Source: Eubacteriales bacterium (GTDB lineage: Bacteria; Bacillota; Clostridia; Lachnospirales; JAKSVV01). From it: a stretch of 64,000 bases of DNA. Shown here piece by piece: positions 48,328-57,957 of the stretch. The translations under genes were made by a program, and so were the position numbers. The notes under the pieces are model-generated. The model saw nothing but the letters and a program-made list of their open reading frames with translations. It ran no database searches and was not told where the DNA came from. Location: the NCBI GenBank assembly GCA_031549455.1, contig JAVBPT010000005.1, positions 31,993-95,992 of the forward strand, read 5' to 3'. Numbering within the stretch: the stretch's first letter is position 1; each line of letters begins with the position of its first letter.

Positions 48328-48762
48328 ATGATGGAAGTGAAGAATTGCAAAAAATGTGGAAAGATTTTTAACAGTGTAGCGGGAAAGAAAATCTGTGCTG
48401 ATTGTGAAAAGCTTGAAAATGAGGAATTCAAGGTGGTAAAAGATTTCCTATATGACCATCCGAATGCAAATATGCAAGAGGTCGCGGAAAAAACGGGTGT
48501 AGAAGAAGAAGTGATTATGAGATTTTTGAGAGATGGAAGGCTTGCCATTTCGGATTCGAGCAGCGTGAGCATTTATTGTGAGAAGTGTGGAGCACCGATT
48601 AAATCAGGAAGATTCTGCGAGAAATGTCAAAGCAAACTAGGCGAACAATTTTCCAAACTCTCTAGTGGAGATAAGTCGGACGATGATAGAAAGAGAGAAC
48701 AGCTAGAAAAACTTAGAAATCTCCAGAGAACGGGGATGCACACGGATGTTAATAAAAAATGA
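48328..48762 (+). CDS. YvyF-like zinc-ribbon protein (flagellar-operon protein family TIGR03826-like)
   Basis: It has an N-terminal CKKCG...CADC, a central HTH-like segment and a second CEKCG...CEKC. The family assignment is from memory. Confidence 0.5.
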   Translation: MMEVKNCKKCGKIFNSVAGKKICADCEKLENEEFKVVKDFLYDHPNANMQEVAEKTGVEEEVIMRFLRDGRLAISDSSSVSIYCEKCGAPIKSGRFCEKCQSKLGEQFSKLSSGDKSDDDRKREQLEKLRNLQRTGMHTDVNKK

Positions 48763-50585
48763 GCGAGGAGAAATTTAATCCAAAGATATGGGTAGAGAAT
48801 CTACCACAAACACCAGGGATCTATGTAATGTACAACAAAGAAAACATTGTCATCTATATTGGAAAGGCAAAGAACCTTAAAAAAAGGGTTTCCCAATATT
48901 TTATGAACAAAGAAAGCCAAAACATTAAAACGATAAAATTGGTTGAGAACATACACAGGATGGAATATATCGTAACGGACACAGAAGAGGAATCTCTTAT
49001 CTTGGAATGCAATTTTATTAAAAGGTACAGGCCCAGATACAACATCCTATTAAGAGATGACAAAACCTATCCATACATTCGAGTAACCACGAGTGAAACC
49101 TATCCAAGAATATTGTACACAAGATACTTAGAAAAAGATGGCTCAAAATATTATGGGCCCTTTCCAGATACAGAATATGCAAAAGGGATCATTGAGATTC
49201 TGCTGGATATATATAGTTTGAGAAGGTGCAATCAAAAGACATTTAAAAATCAGGATAGGGCATGTCTCAATTATGATATGGGCATGTGTTTGGCACCTTG
49301 CATGCATTACATTGATGAGGATGCGTATCGGATTAGGGTAAATAAGGCGATTGAATTTTTAGAAGGAAACGAAAAAGAGGTGCTAGATCTCCTTTCTGCT
49401 CTTATGAAAAATTATTCAGATGAGTTGAAATTTGAAGAGGCACGAAATGTAAAAGATAAAATTATGCTGGTCAAGAGAATATCAGAGGACCAAAAGATTA
49501 ATACCACAGATGATCGAAGGCAGGATATGATTGCACTGGCACGTTCGAGCATAATGGATAAGCAGGTTCTTCAGATTTTTGTGATTCGAGATGGAAAGCT
49601 TGTGGAAAGAAAGCACTATCTTTTCGAGGAAAAAAAGGATGTTGAAAATAGTGAAATTATCAGTTCATTTTTAAAACAATACTATCTAGAAAACATTGAT
49701 CTGCCAAGCGAAATTTTGTTAGAAGAAGAATGCAGCGAATCAGACGAGATTGAAAGAACTATTTTGCATAGCCTTAAGAAACGAGTCAAGATTCTGGTGC
49801 CAAAACAGGGCAGAAACAAGAAACTGCTTCGACTCGCAAGCAAAAATGCGGAGATTCTGTTGGATCAGAATGTAAAGGCTTACCAAACCAAAAAGGAGAA
49901 GCATAAAGTGCTTTCCGTACTCGCGGAAACGCTAGGAATTTCAAATTTTCTGGAACGGATAGAGGCCTATGATATTTCAAACATCAGTGGAGTAGACAAT
50001 GTGGGATCGATGGTTGTTTTCACAAATGGGGAAAAAACCCCGAGTGAATACCGTAAATTTAAAATAAAGACGGTTGAGGGTCCAAACGATACCGCCTGTA
50101 TGCTCGAAATGGTGAGTAGAAGATTTAGGAGATATGAGCAGGAGGATCTAAAATTTGATAGGTACCCGGACCTTATTATCATTGATGGAAAGCTCCAGGT
50201 GGATGCAATTCTAGAAAAAATAGGTCTTGAGGTTCCGATTTGTGGATTGGTGAAGGATGACAAACACAGAACGAGCAAAATATATTATCATAAAAGAGAG
50301 ATTGAACTGGATCCAACAAGTGAACTTTATAAATTTTTGGTGAGGATTCAGGATGAGGTACACCGTTCTGCCATTGGCTATTTTAAAAAGGTGCATCATA
50401 AAAATTTATTTAAATCAGAATTAGATAAGATTCCGGGAATCGGCGAAAAGAGAAAAATGAAACTACTGGAAACTTATAAGAGCATAGAGGAGATTCGACA
50501 AAAAGACGTAGAAGAGCTTGCAAAGCTACCTGGCATGAATCAGAAAGTGGCTCAGATTTTAAAAGAGGAATTAAATAAGAAGTAG
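48759..50585 (+). CDS. uvrC: Excinuclease ABC subunit C
   Basis: It has the GIY-YIG N-terminus (GIYVMY...IYIGKAKNLKKR), a UVR domain and C-terminal HhH. Confidence 0.9.
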   Translation: MSEEKFNPKIWVENLPQTPGIYVMYNKENIVIYIGKAKNLKKRVSQYFMNKESQNIKTIKLVENIHRMEYIVTDTEEESLILECNFIKRYRPRYNILLRDDKTYPYIRVTTSETYPRILYTRYLEKDGSKYYGPFPDTEYAKGIIEILLDIYSLRRCNQKTFKNQDRACLNYDMGMCLAPCMHYIDEDAYRIRVNKAIEFLEGNEKEVLDLLSALMKNYSDELKFEEARNVKDKIMLVKRISEDQKINTTDDRRQDMIALARSSIMDKQVLQIFVIRDGKLVERKHYLFEEKKDVENSEIISSFLKQYYLENIDLPSEILLEEECSESDEIERTILHSLKKRVKILVPKQGRNKKLLRLASKNAEILLDQNVKAYQTKKEKHKVLSVLAETLGISNFLERIEAYDISNISGVDNVGSMVVFTNGEKTPSEYRKFKIKTVEGPNDTACMLEMVSRRFRRYEQEDLKFDRYPDLIIIDGKLQVDAILEKIGLEVPICGLVKDDKHRTSKIYYHKREIELDPTSELYKFLVRIQDEVHRSAIGYFKKVHHKNLFKSELDKIPGIGEKRKMKLLETYKSIEEIRQKDVEELAKLPGMNQKVAQILKEELNKK

Positions 50586-50592
50586 GTACGAT

Positions 50593-51411
50593 ATGAAAAA
50601 GGTATTGGTTTATACGAATCTTGAAAAGGATCCCAAAGAAGAGTATGCCAAAAAGATTCGAGGGATTTTAAAAGAGGAGAAGCTTGAGTGTGTATTTTCA
50701 AGGCATAAGGAGGAAAGACCGGCAGAAGACGGGGTTGACCTGGTTATCTCTATTGGCGGAGACGGAACAATGATTAGCGCCATCAGGGGGTTTAAAGACC
50801 AAAATCCGCTGTTTATTGGATTAAACGTGGGGAAACTTGGATTTTTGACTGAAATGACACCGCAAACCTTAAAAGCAGATTTAAAGAAGATCCTAAGCAA
50901 TCGATATGAGGTTGAAGAACGAAATGCGCTACTTGCCTCCATTGGCAAGACCTCTAAAAAACAATATTTTGCAATCAATGATGTGGTGGTAGGTAGAGGA
51001 CAGATGGCAAGACTGATTGGTGTTGAGATTTACATTAATCTTATTTATGTTGACACCTATTTCCTAGATGGAATGATTGTGGCTACCTCAACGGGATCCA
51101 CTGCCTATAATCTTTCGGCGGGAGGCCCCATTTTAAAGGCCGATGGTGGAAATATTGTGCTCACTCCGATCTGCCCTCATAGCCTTCGTGCAAGGCCATT
51201 AGTGATTTCAGAGGGGGACACGGTCACAATGAAGCTGATTTCAGATGTAAAAGATATGAAAGAGGTGCCCAATCTAAATCTGGACGGTCAGGAGATCCAT
51301 AGCCTAAAGAATGACGATATCATTACAGTGAAAGCCTCTAATCAAAAGATCAGAATTCTTTCCCTAAGAAAGGAACACTTTTTTAAGAAACTCAGAGATA
51401 AAATCAGGTAG
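50593..51411 (+). CDS. nadK: NAD kinase
   Basis: It contains GGDGT and STAYNLSAGGPI motifs. Confidence 0.9.
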   Translation: MKKVLVYTNLEKDPKEEYAKKIRGILKEEKLECVFSRHKEERPAEDGVDLVISIGGDGTMISAIRGFKDQNPLFIGLNVGKLGFLTEMTPQTLKADLKKILSNRYEVEERNALLASIGKTSKKQYFAINDVVVGRGQMARLIGVEIYINLIYVDTYFLDGMIVATSTGSTAYNLSAGGPILKADGGNIVLTPICPHSLRARPLVISEGDTVTMKLISDVKDMKEVPNLNLDGQEIHSLKNDDIITVKASNQKIRILSLRKEHFFKKLRDKIR

Positions 51412-51469
51412 TTGGAATTATAATCTAGCCTTTTGCATATTTTGTAATAAAGAAATGCAAGAGGTTTTT

Positions 51470-52621
51470 ATGTATAATAGAGTTTTGGTTGTCTTTAAAA
51501 ACAAAGAGAGCAAAAATACGAATCTGGCAGGATATGCCAAGGTCATGGAGCTAAACGATCAGGTGATGTTGGAGATTTTTCTACAAGAGGGCGGCAATAT
51601 GGAGAACGTGTATGATTTAAACATAATCTACCAAGAAAACCGGCAAAAAATCAAAAGGCAGATCTGTAAAATTGCTGTAAAAAATAAAGGAGAATGGACA
51701 AAAGACATTACGGATTTAAAAATCCATTTTAAGGATATAAAAGCGCTTTTGATCTCTTCCAATAAAGGAAACATGCTCGTGGGGTATATAGGTGAGGAGT
51801 TTGATCATAAAAAGGATGTACTGGAATATAGGGAGGAGCGGCCGGTTGAGCAAAAAGGAGGACGGATGATGCAGCAAGCACCGGCATCCATAAAGGGAGG
51901 CAAAAAAGAGGATAAAGGTGAGTACGAAGATCTCAATACCATGGATCCATCCAATCATGTCACAATTATCACCAATGGAAAAGAGAAGGAATCACCTTAT
52001 CAGAAGGATAGAGTGGACAGCACAGAGTATAAAGAAATGATTTATGAAAATGGTGTCTATGAGAAAGAGATCGTGAATATAGAACCGGCAAGTAAGATTA
52101 TAGAGGATAACGATCATAAGGATGGATACTATATGATGTATAAAGGAATTTGTCCTCCCGATAGATTGACAGCAGTATCCAGCGTAAATGTAGTGGCTTC
52201 TTCGGGCAACCAAAAAAGAAGACGCATGAGAAGACGGATCGTCAACCCATACACATTTCCTAGGGCGGGAGAGGTGTATGATAGTTATAAAGATAAATTT
52301 TACTCAGATCTAGGGATCCCTTATCAATTATTACCTAGAGAAGATGATGAAAAAAAAGAAATCATTTCTTTAAGTGGTTATCAAAAAGTAGAAAAGGATT
52401 CACCACTATATGATAAATACTTTCCGAAAGAGGAAGAACATCCAAAATCCAAAAGACAAAGGCGACATGAGCGCGGAAAAAAGGAGAGAAAGGATGAGAT
52501 CTTACCGGATGAGCCTACATATGAAAAGGACTTAGAAAATGAGATTGCACATTTTAAAATACAAGAAGAAGAACCCAAAAAGCGTGAGCGTCATGAGAAA
52601 AAAAGACGTTCCAAACATTAG
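51470..52621 (+). CDS. Hypothetical Lys/Glu/Arg-rich protein
   Basis: It is a long ORF whose C-terminal two-thirds are low-complexity and charged (KRRRMRRR, KSKRQRRHERGKKERK, KKRERHEKKRRSKH). No family was recognised. Confidence 0.45.
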   Translation: MYNRVLVVFKNKESKNTNLAGYAKVMELNDQVMLEIFLQEGGNMENVYDLNIIYQENRQKIKRQICKIAVKNKGEWTKDITDLKIHFKDIKALLISSNKGNMLVGYIGEEFDHKKDVLEYREERPVEQKGGRMMQQAPASIKGGKKEDKGEYEDLNTMDPSNHVTIITNGKEKESPYQKDRVDSTEYKEMIYENGVYEKEIVNIEPASKIIEDNDHKDGYYMMYKGICPPDRLTAVSSVNVVASSGNQKRRRMRRRIVNPYTFPRAGEVYDSYKDKFYSDLGIPYQLLPREDDEKKEIISLSGYQKVEKDSPLYDKYFPKEEEHPKSKRQRRHERGKKERKDEILPDEPTYEKDLENEIAHFKIQEEEPKKRERHEKKRRSKH

Positions 52622-52625
52622 AATG

Positions 52626-52656
52626 AAAAAAGGTATCCCCACTTGGATACCTTTTT
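52626..52656 (+). terminator. Intrinsic terminator
   Basis: AAAAAAGGTATCC-loop-GGATACCTTTTT hairpin. Confidence 0.8.
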
Positions 52657-52868
52657 GTATAAGATAAACACTCCAACATTTATCTTATATGAATATTCAT
52701 TTTATTTTCCTAGTTAGATTTAATTTAAAATTTTGTATCAGTAGTAAGTAAAATACCTCCTTTCATCTTTTACTATAAAGCGTAAGAAAAGAGGTAACGG
52801 TTTCATTATATAAAGTGTCTAAAAATTGATTTAAATGACATTAAAAAAAGACAAGCTGGCAACTTATC

Positions 52869-53897
52869 TTATGAATGAAATGTCTCATTTGGAATCGAAT
52901 TTAATCTCAAATTGGAAAAAAGGCTTGCTTTATATCTATAATAGCCGGCAGATGCGATCATGGCGGCATTATCCGTGCACAAATCGACACGCGGTAAGAA
53001 TAGATGTAGCCCAAGTTCGGAGCACTTTTGGTTCAGTAAATCACGCAGTCTAGAGTTTGCGGCAACTCCGCCAGCCACTGCAATCTGATTCACATGATGG
53101 ATTTTTGCAGACTGGATGAGTTTTTCTACCACAACTTCGAGCACGGCTTCTTGAAATTCAAAAGCAATCTTTCGAATATCGATTTCAGTTCCCTTCATTT
53201 TCAATGTATGGATATAATTGATGACAGAGGATTTGACACCACTAAAACTAAAATCAAAAGAGCCTTCTTCTAAATAGGCTCTTGGAAAGAGACCTTCACT
53301 TTGCATTCCACCTAGCTCCTTGGCAAGTCGGTCTATTTTGGGACCGCCAGGATACCCTAGCCCTAGGACCCGTGCAATTTTATCGTAGGCTTCTCCAATA
53401 GCATCATCCTTTGTTTTGCCTAATGTCTGATATACAAGGTCTTCTTTAACCAGTACAATCTGTGTGTGGCCCCCTGAAACCACTAGACATAAAAAGGGAG
53501 GAGAGAGCGTGGGACTACTCAAGTAGTTTGCACAAATGTGCCCCTCGATATGATTGATTCCGATGAGTGGGAGGCCGGAGGAAAGGCAGATGGCTTTTGC
53601 AGCAGAAAGTCCGACTAGTAAAGAGCCCACAAGCCCCGGACCGTAGGTAACAGCAACTGCATCGAGATCAGGGAAATCAATGGATGCGTTCTTTAGTGCA
53701 TCCAAAAGAATAGGATTGATTTTCTCGATATGACTTCTCGACGCCACCTCAGGAACCACCCCTCCATATATACTATGTAAATCAATCTGACTATAAATTG
53801 AATTGGAAAGAATTTCTCTCCCATCACAAACCACGGATGCAGAAGTTTCATCACAAGAGGTTTCGATGCCCAAAATTTTTATATTTTCTGTTTTCAC
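52869..53897 (-). CDS. tsaD: tRNA N6-adenosine threonylcarbamoyltransferase
   Basis: It contains ILGIETSCDETS, HIEGH and GGVAAN motifs. Confidence 0.9.
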   Translation of the reverse strand: MKTENIKILGIETSCDETSASVVCDGREILSNSIYSQIDLHSIYGGVVPEVASRSHIEKINPILLDALKNASIDFPDLDAVAVTYGPGLVGSLLVGLSAAKAICLSSGLPLIGINHIEGHICANYLSSPTLSPPFLCLVVSGGHTQIVLVKEDLVYQTLGKTKDDAIGEAYDKIARVLGLGYPGGPKIDRLAKELGGMQSEGLFPRAYLEEGSFDFSFSGVKSSVINYIHTLKMKGTEIDIRKIAFEFQEAVLEVVVEKLIQSAKIHHVNQIAVAGGVAANSRLRDLLNQKCSELGLHLFLPRVDLCTDNAAMIASAGYYRYKASLFSNLRLNSIPNETFHS

Positions 53898-53906
53898 TTT
53901 ATCACC

Positions 53907-54455
53907 CTAATCGATAAAAAATTGTGGCGTTTTTTTAAATCCAAAGATCTTCCATTGCCCTGTTGCATCGATTCGGAGTCCATATTCCTTATACATGTTC
54001 TCACTTACATTTGTGGTTTCAATTACTTTAATAAGGGATAGAAACCCATCATTCTCCGTTTCGACTTCTTGGGTGCTAATAATCTTTATTTTTTGTTTTT
54101 TAAATTCGTTTAAATCCGTTTTTAGCTTGGCTATTTGCAGATTTAAATCATTGTTTTCAAGGAGTTCAGTATCCAAAAATTTTCGTTGCACCTCAATCAT
54201 ATAGATCAGGTATTTTTGCATTGCCTTTTCATTCATATAATCTCCATATAAGAATTGAACAATGAGGTTATTCATTTTGATCACTTCAAGAGGCGTATTT
54301 GGATAGTCGAACGCGAGGTTTTTATCCATTTCTTCAATTTGTTTAATCAGTTTTTTGGCCTTTTGGTTGCGAATGCCGGTATCAATTTCGGTTACATAAA
54401 AGTAGAAGCCAAAAGCGACTAAGATAAAAGCAAGAGCGATCCAAAGGTATTTCAT
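53907..54455 (-). CDS. Membrane-anchored hypothetical protein
   Basis: It has an N-terminal TM segment (YLWIALAFILVAFGFYFYV). The start is ambiguous (54455, 54473 or 54479). Confidence 0.45.
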   Translation of the reverse strand: MKYLWIALAFILVAFGFYFYVTEIDTGIRNQKAKKLIKQIEEMDKNLAFDYPNTPLEVIKMNNLIVQFLYGDYMNEKAMQKYLIYMIEVQRKFLDTELLENNDLNLQIAKLKTDLNEFKKQKIKIISTQEVETENDGFLSLIKVIETTNVSENMYKEYGLRIDATGQWKIFGFKKTPQFFID

Positions 54456-54456
54456 A

Positions 54457-55365
54457 CTATTCACATCCTTCATTCTCATATTTTAAAACGGTACAGTATC
54501 GATCATAGCCAGGCGTGGTATTGGGGAATATTTTTTTTGCAGTGTCAATAAAATCTTCTGGATAAGCCAAAGAAGGGCTATAGTGTGTTAAAACAAGTTT
54601 TGAGACGTTCGCTTTCTTTGCAAGCGTTGCTGCTTCACTAAATAGCATATGTTTTCGTTCGAGCGCTTTTTCTAGTTCACTGTCTTCGGCATACATGCCC
54701 TCACAGATAAATAAATCTGATTCAAAGATAAAGGGAATCAAATGGTCAACTGGTCTTGAGTCCGTACAGTATGAAACCCTAAATCCCTTGCGCTGTTCTC
54801 CCAAAACCATTTCGGGTGTAAAGCCTTCTATATTTTGTCCATTTTGCAACAATTTCCAGTAACGAACAGGGATACCAAGTTCCTCTGCTTTTTGAGCATT
54901 AAACTTCCCCTTCCGTTCAATGTCTATTTTATAAGCAAGACATGTTGTGGTATGGGTTACTTCGCATGCACTAATCTGGTAGTCACCATAAGCATATCTG
55001 GGATGTTCATTTGACATCTCTACAAATGAGATATCAAACGAAAGCTCAGGAGCAATACACCGAAGTGAGTTCACGATCCGCTCAACACCCACTGGACCAA
55101 TAATGGTAAGGGGTTCGGTTCGACCTGAATTAGCAAGCGTTAAAAGCATGCCAGGAAGACCGCTGATATGGTCTGCATGAAAATGTGTAAAACAGATCAC
55201 ATCCAAGTTTTTAAAGCCCCATCCCAAGATTTTTAGTGAAATCTGGGTGGCCTCTCCACAGTCAAGTAGGAGCATCCTACCATTATACCGCATAAGGGCA
55301 GAAGATAAGAATCTTTTTGGTAAAGGCATCATACCGCCTGTACCGAGTAAGCATATATCGAGCAT
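54457..55365 (-). CDS. rnz: Ribonuclease Z
   Basis: It has the metallo-beta-lactamase HFHADHISG motif and typical RNase Z length. Confidence 0.85.
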   Translation of the reverse strand: MLDICLLGTGGMMPLPKRFLSSALMRYNGRMLLLDCGEATQISLKILGWGFKNLDVICFTHFHADHISGLPGMLLTLANSGRTEPLTIIGPVGVERIVNSLRCIAPELSFDISFVEMSNEHPRYAYGDYQISACEVTHTTTCLAYKIDIERKGKFNAQKAEELGIPVRYWKLLQNGQNIEGFTPEMVLGEQRKGFRVSYCTDSRPVDHLIPFIFESDLFICEGMYAEDSELEKALERKHMLFSEAATLAKKANVSKLVLTHYSPSLAYPEDFIDTAKKIFPNTTPGYDRYCTVLKYENEGCE

Positions 55366-55419
55366 AACGAACCTTCATTATTAATTGTATATTACCACAT
55401 CAAAAGAAGATTTACAATC

Positions 55420-55444
55420 AAAAAGCGACTTTTTTGGTCGCTTA
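55420..55444 (-). terminator. Intrinsic terminator ending the T4CP operon
   Basis: The minus strand reads AAGCGAC-loop-GTCGCTTTTT. Confidence 0.75.
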
Positions 55445-55450
55445 CTAATT

Positions 55451-55786
55451 TTATTTTTTACAACAATTAGATGAATCTAAGCCTGCACCTACTTTTGCAA
55501 ATCCAAGAGATAAAACAAGTGGACCAAGTAGTGGATAGATAAAGTAAGCTGCTGCGGAAGCAAAACTATCACTTTTGAAATCACTTTCATTAAAGCTTTC
55601 TAGATATTCTTCTCCGTATTGCGCCATTTGTGCCATCTGGTCTTCTAGTTCTCTTTCAACGCGTCCATTGATGTAAACAAAATTGCAGATCATAACAACG
55701 ATGATAATAAGAGAGCAAAGTAGTAGTGAGATCACAAATGGGCAAACAGAACATTTGTTCCTCGTTTCTTTCTTTTCTTCTTCCAT
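55451..55786 (-). CDS. 111-aa membrane protein (N-terminal TM, C-terminal hydrophobic segment, terminal NCCKK)
   Basis: A GAGGAGG RBS precedes the start. The TM segment is CPFVISLLLCSLIIIVVMICNFVYI, and the gene is co-oriented with the T4CP and 48 nt downstream of it. Confidence 0.55.
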   Translation of the reverse strand: MEEEKKETRNKCSVCPFVISLLLCSLIIIVVMICNFVYINGRVERELEDQMAQMAQYGEEYLESFNESDFKSDSFASAAAYFIYPLLGPLVLSLGFAKVGAGLDSSNCCKK

Positions 55787-55834
55787 TTTTCCTCCTCAAA
55801 ATTAAATTCAATTTTATAATTACTATAATAATTG

Positions 55835-57445
55835 TCAACCTGTTTTTACCTTGCTCGTGTAACGTTTTTGTTTAAACCAGGAATTGGCCTCATCCATCAC
55901 CACATTCTTATTATGGGCGATGATCAGAACCTTATCCTCATGAAGCCTTCTGACTTCATCCGCGGTGATCAACTCCCGCCTTTGTTCAGACACGGACTTT
56001 GACTCTCCGTTTTCCTGTTTGGTTACACTTTCAGATTTAATAGTAGTAAATCCGGAAAGTTGAGAAACATATTCTGCAGACGTTCCAGTCAGACCTGAGT
56101 AAAAAACTTTTGCCTTTAGATTATTTAGTATATTGTGAGCGGTTTCCTCGCCATAATTTGCCTTTAATTGCTCCATCCCTTGTATACCAATAGATACGCC
56201 GAGCTTTCTGCTACGTGCGGTGGCCACAATACTTGCAAAGTTAGGAAGGGTACCGATATTCGCAAACTCATCTAGCATAAAAAGTACGGGTGTATAGTCA
56301 TTGCCCTCTGCAAAGTCCATACATTTGTTTAGCAATTGAGAGTAGAATACAGACATAAGCGGCATAGCAAAGAGCGATTTTCTTTCAGGCACACATACAA
56401 AGAGTGCAGTGGGCCTATCCCGTAGAACCTTTGGGTGAAACAACTTGTTAAACTGAGGTGTAAAAATTTCTTTCCCATCTTCTATTTTCTTAGAAAAAGG
56501 GGTCTCAACGAAGGTCTTAATTTTTTCATCATTGAATAGTTTCAGCGCATTGGCTAGTGTCACCTTGATACTTGACATGGTTTTGGTTGCCTCTTTGGAT
56601 TGAGCAAACATCATAAATTCTTGGTGGGCAGCCGGAACCTCTGAAAAGATTTTATCGAGCTGCTCAATATTTTTATAGAGAATAATTTTCATGGCTTCCG
56701 GAATATCTTTTTTGAGTCCTTTGTGTTTAACAAAGATGAAAGAGGCTACAAGAAGAGGTTCAGACATGGACAACCATTCTGTGTTTCCACTATGTCCACC
56801 CGTTCCAATTTCATAACTCTTATTTCCATTAATCATCACGAGTTGGGCAATCTCTTTTAATTCTGTGTCATCTCCTGCGATTAAAAGAGGATTATACCGG
56901 ATCGTTGCATTAAAAGGATCTAACTTCATAACGTTATAACCCAGATTAATTAAATATTGTTTTGTAAGATCATGCATTTCGCTTTTAGGATCACTTACAA
57001 CAACCGATGTTTTCCCGTTGAGTTCGAGTAGATTTGGAATAAAGAAACTTGTGGATTTTCCACATCCAGTCGGACCCACGATGGCCACGTGTTCAAAACT
57101 TCGTTTAAGGGAAAGTCGTACATTTTTGGATAAAACAAAACCATCTGTTCCGGTTAAATCTTTAAGGTCGTTGATGGTTCCCATATAAGAAGTTCCCTGT
57201 TCTTTTACCTTAGAGCCACCCTTTTCAAGGATGTTTAGGTAATAGTAGAGGGCACCAATAATGGTTGCAATCGCAAAAAAGCCCTGAATGCCAGACCTTG
57301 TCGCATTGGTAAGGGTAATTGAAAAAGAAGATCCAGAAATGAGATTGATAAGAGGGATAAAGATCCAAGCAAGGATATAAGGTGAAAAAAGTATAAAAAT
57401 AATGATCGATACGATTATTAATGCAATCTTATTTAGTTTACTCAT
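55835..57445 (-). CDS. VirD4/TraG-type type IV coupling protein (T4CP) ATPase
   Basis: It has N-terminal TM segments, Walker A VGPTGCGKST, Walker B VLFMLDEFANIG and the motif SIGIQGMEQL. Confidence 0.8.
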   Translation of the reverse strand: MSKLNKIALIIVSIIIFILFSPYILAWIFIPLINLISGSSFSITLTNATRSGIQGFFAIATIIGALYYYLNILEKGGSKVKEQGTSYMGTINDLKDLTGTDGFVLSKNVRLSLKRSFEHVAIVGPTGCGKSTSFFIPNLLELNGKTSVVVSDPKSEMHDLTKQYLINLGYNVMKLDPFNATIRYNPLLIAGDDTELKEIAQLVMINGNKSYEIGTGGHSGNTEWLSMSEPLLVASFIFVKHKGLKKDIPEAMKIILYKNIEQLDKIFSEVPAAHQEFMMFAQSKEATKTMSSIKVTLANALKLFNDEKIKTFVETPFSKKIEDGKEIFTPQFNKLFHPKVLRDRPTALFVCVPERKSLFAMPLMSVFYSQLLNKCMDFAEGNDYTPVLFMLDEFANIGTLPNFASIVATARSRKLGVSIGIQGMEQLKANYGEETAHNILNNLKAKVFYSGLTGTSAEYVSQLSGFTTIKSESVTKQENGESKSVSEQRRELITADEVRRLHEDKVLIIAHNKNVVMDEANSWFKQKRYTSKVKTG

Positions 57446-57455
57446 TATACACCCC

Positions 57456-57830
57456 TTATTTTATATTCATCAGATACATACCAGCAAGTTCGGCTTTTAC
57501 CATCTTTTTTACTGGAACCCTTTTAAAGATTCTTTCATCCACAATCAAAGTCATGATCTGTGTTCCCACTTTTGCTTTGACCAGAGGGAACTTTCTGAGT
57601 CTCGCTACCTTTGGAATTTGTTCGACAACAGATTTTGGAAAGTTTTGATTTGCGAGCTTGTCTTTATATTTATCAATAATAAATATAGACAACACAATTT
57701 TGTTTTCATTTAACAAGCTTTCGTATTCATTATATTTTGGAACCACTTTTTTCTTATACAATAGCACAAGTAGTCCCACAATAACAGCGATCACAGCAAT
57801 GACGATTAGAGTAATGGTAATCCAGTTCAT
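57456..57830 (-). CDS. 124-aa single-pass membrane protein, unknown function
   Basis: It has an N-terminal TM segment (WITITLIVIAVIAVIVGLLVLLY). A GGAGG RBS supports the ATG at 57830. The gene ends 10 nt before the T4CP start. Confidence 0.55.
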   Translation of the reverse strand: MNWITITLIVIAVIAVIVGLLVLLYKKKVVPKYNEYESLLNENKIVLSIFIIDKYKDKLANQNFPKSVVEQIPKVARLRKFPLVKAKVGTQIMTLIVDERIFKRVPVKKMVKAELAGMYLMNIK

Positions 57831-57909
57831 AGAGTCCTCCATCTTATTTTAGATAGTTCTATTTTACACAATTTTAATTAAAATTCAAGCAGTTTACAAT
57901 ATTTATAAC

Positions 57910-57943
57910 AAAAAAAGAAAGCCATTTTGGTCCTCTGGCTTTC
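57910..57943 (-). terminator. Intrinsic terminator after flagellin
   Basis: The minus strand reads GAAAGCCA-loop-TGGCTTTC followed by TTTTTTT. Confidence 0.8.
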
Positions 57944-57957
57944 CCTTTTCTTTTGGT

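Noticed and set aside
52689-52700. The palindrome ATGAATATTCAT considered as a dif/Xer site at the orientation switch.
   Set aside because: The flanking arms do not resemble XerC/XerD half-sites (no TTATGTAAA-type arm). A 12-bp AT palindrome in an AT-rich spacer is weak evidence.
52740-52770. A minus-strand AAAGGAGG Shine-Dalgarno-like sequence in the tsaD-downstream spacer.
   Set aside because: There is no ATG, GTG or TTG within a usable distance, and no ORF follows.
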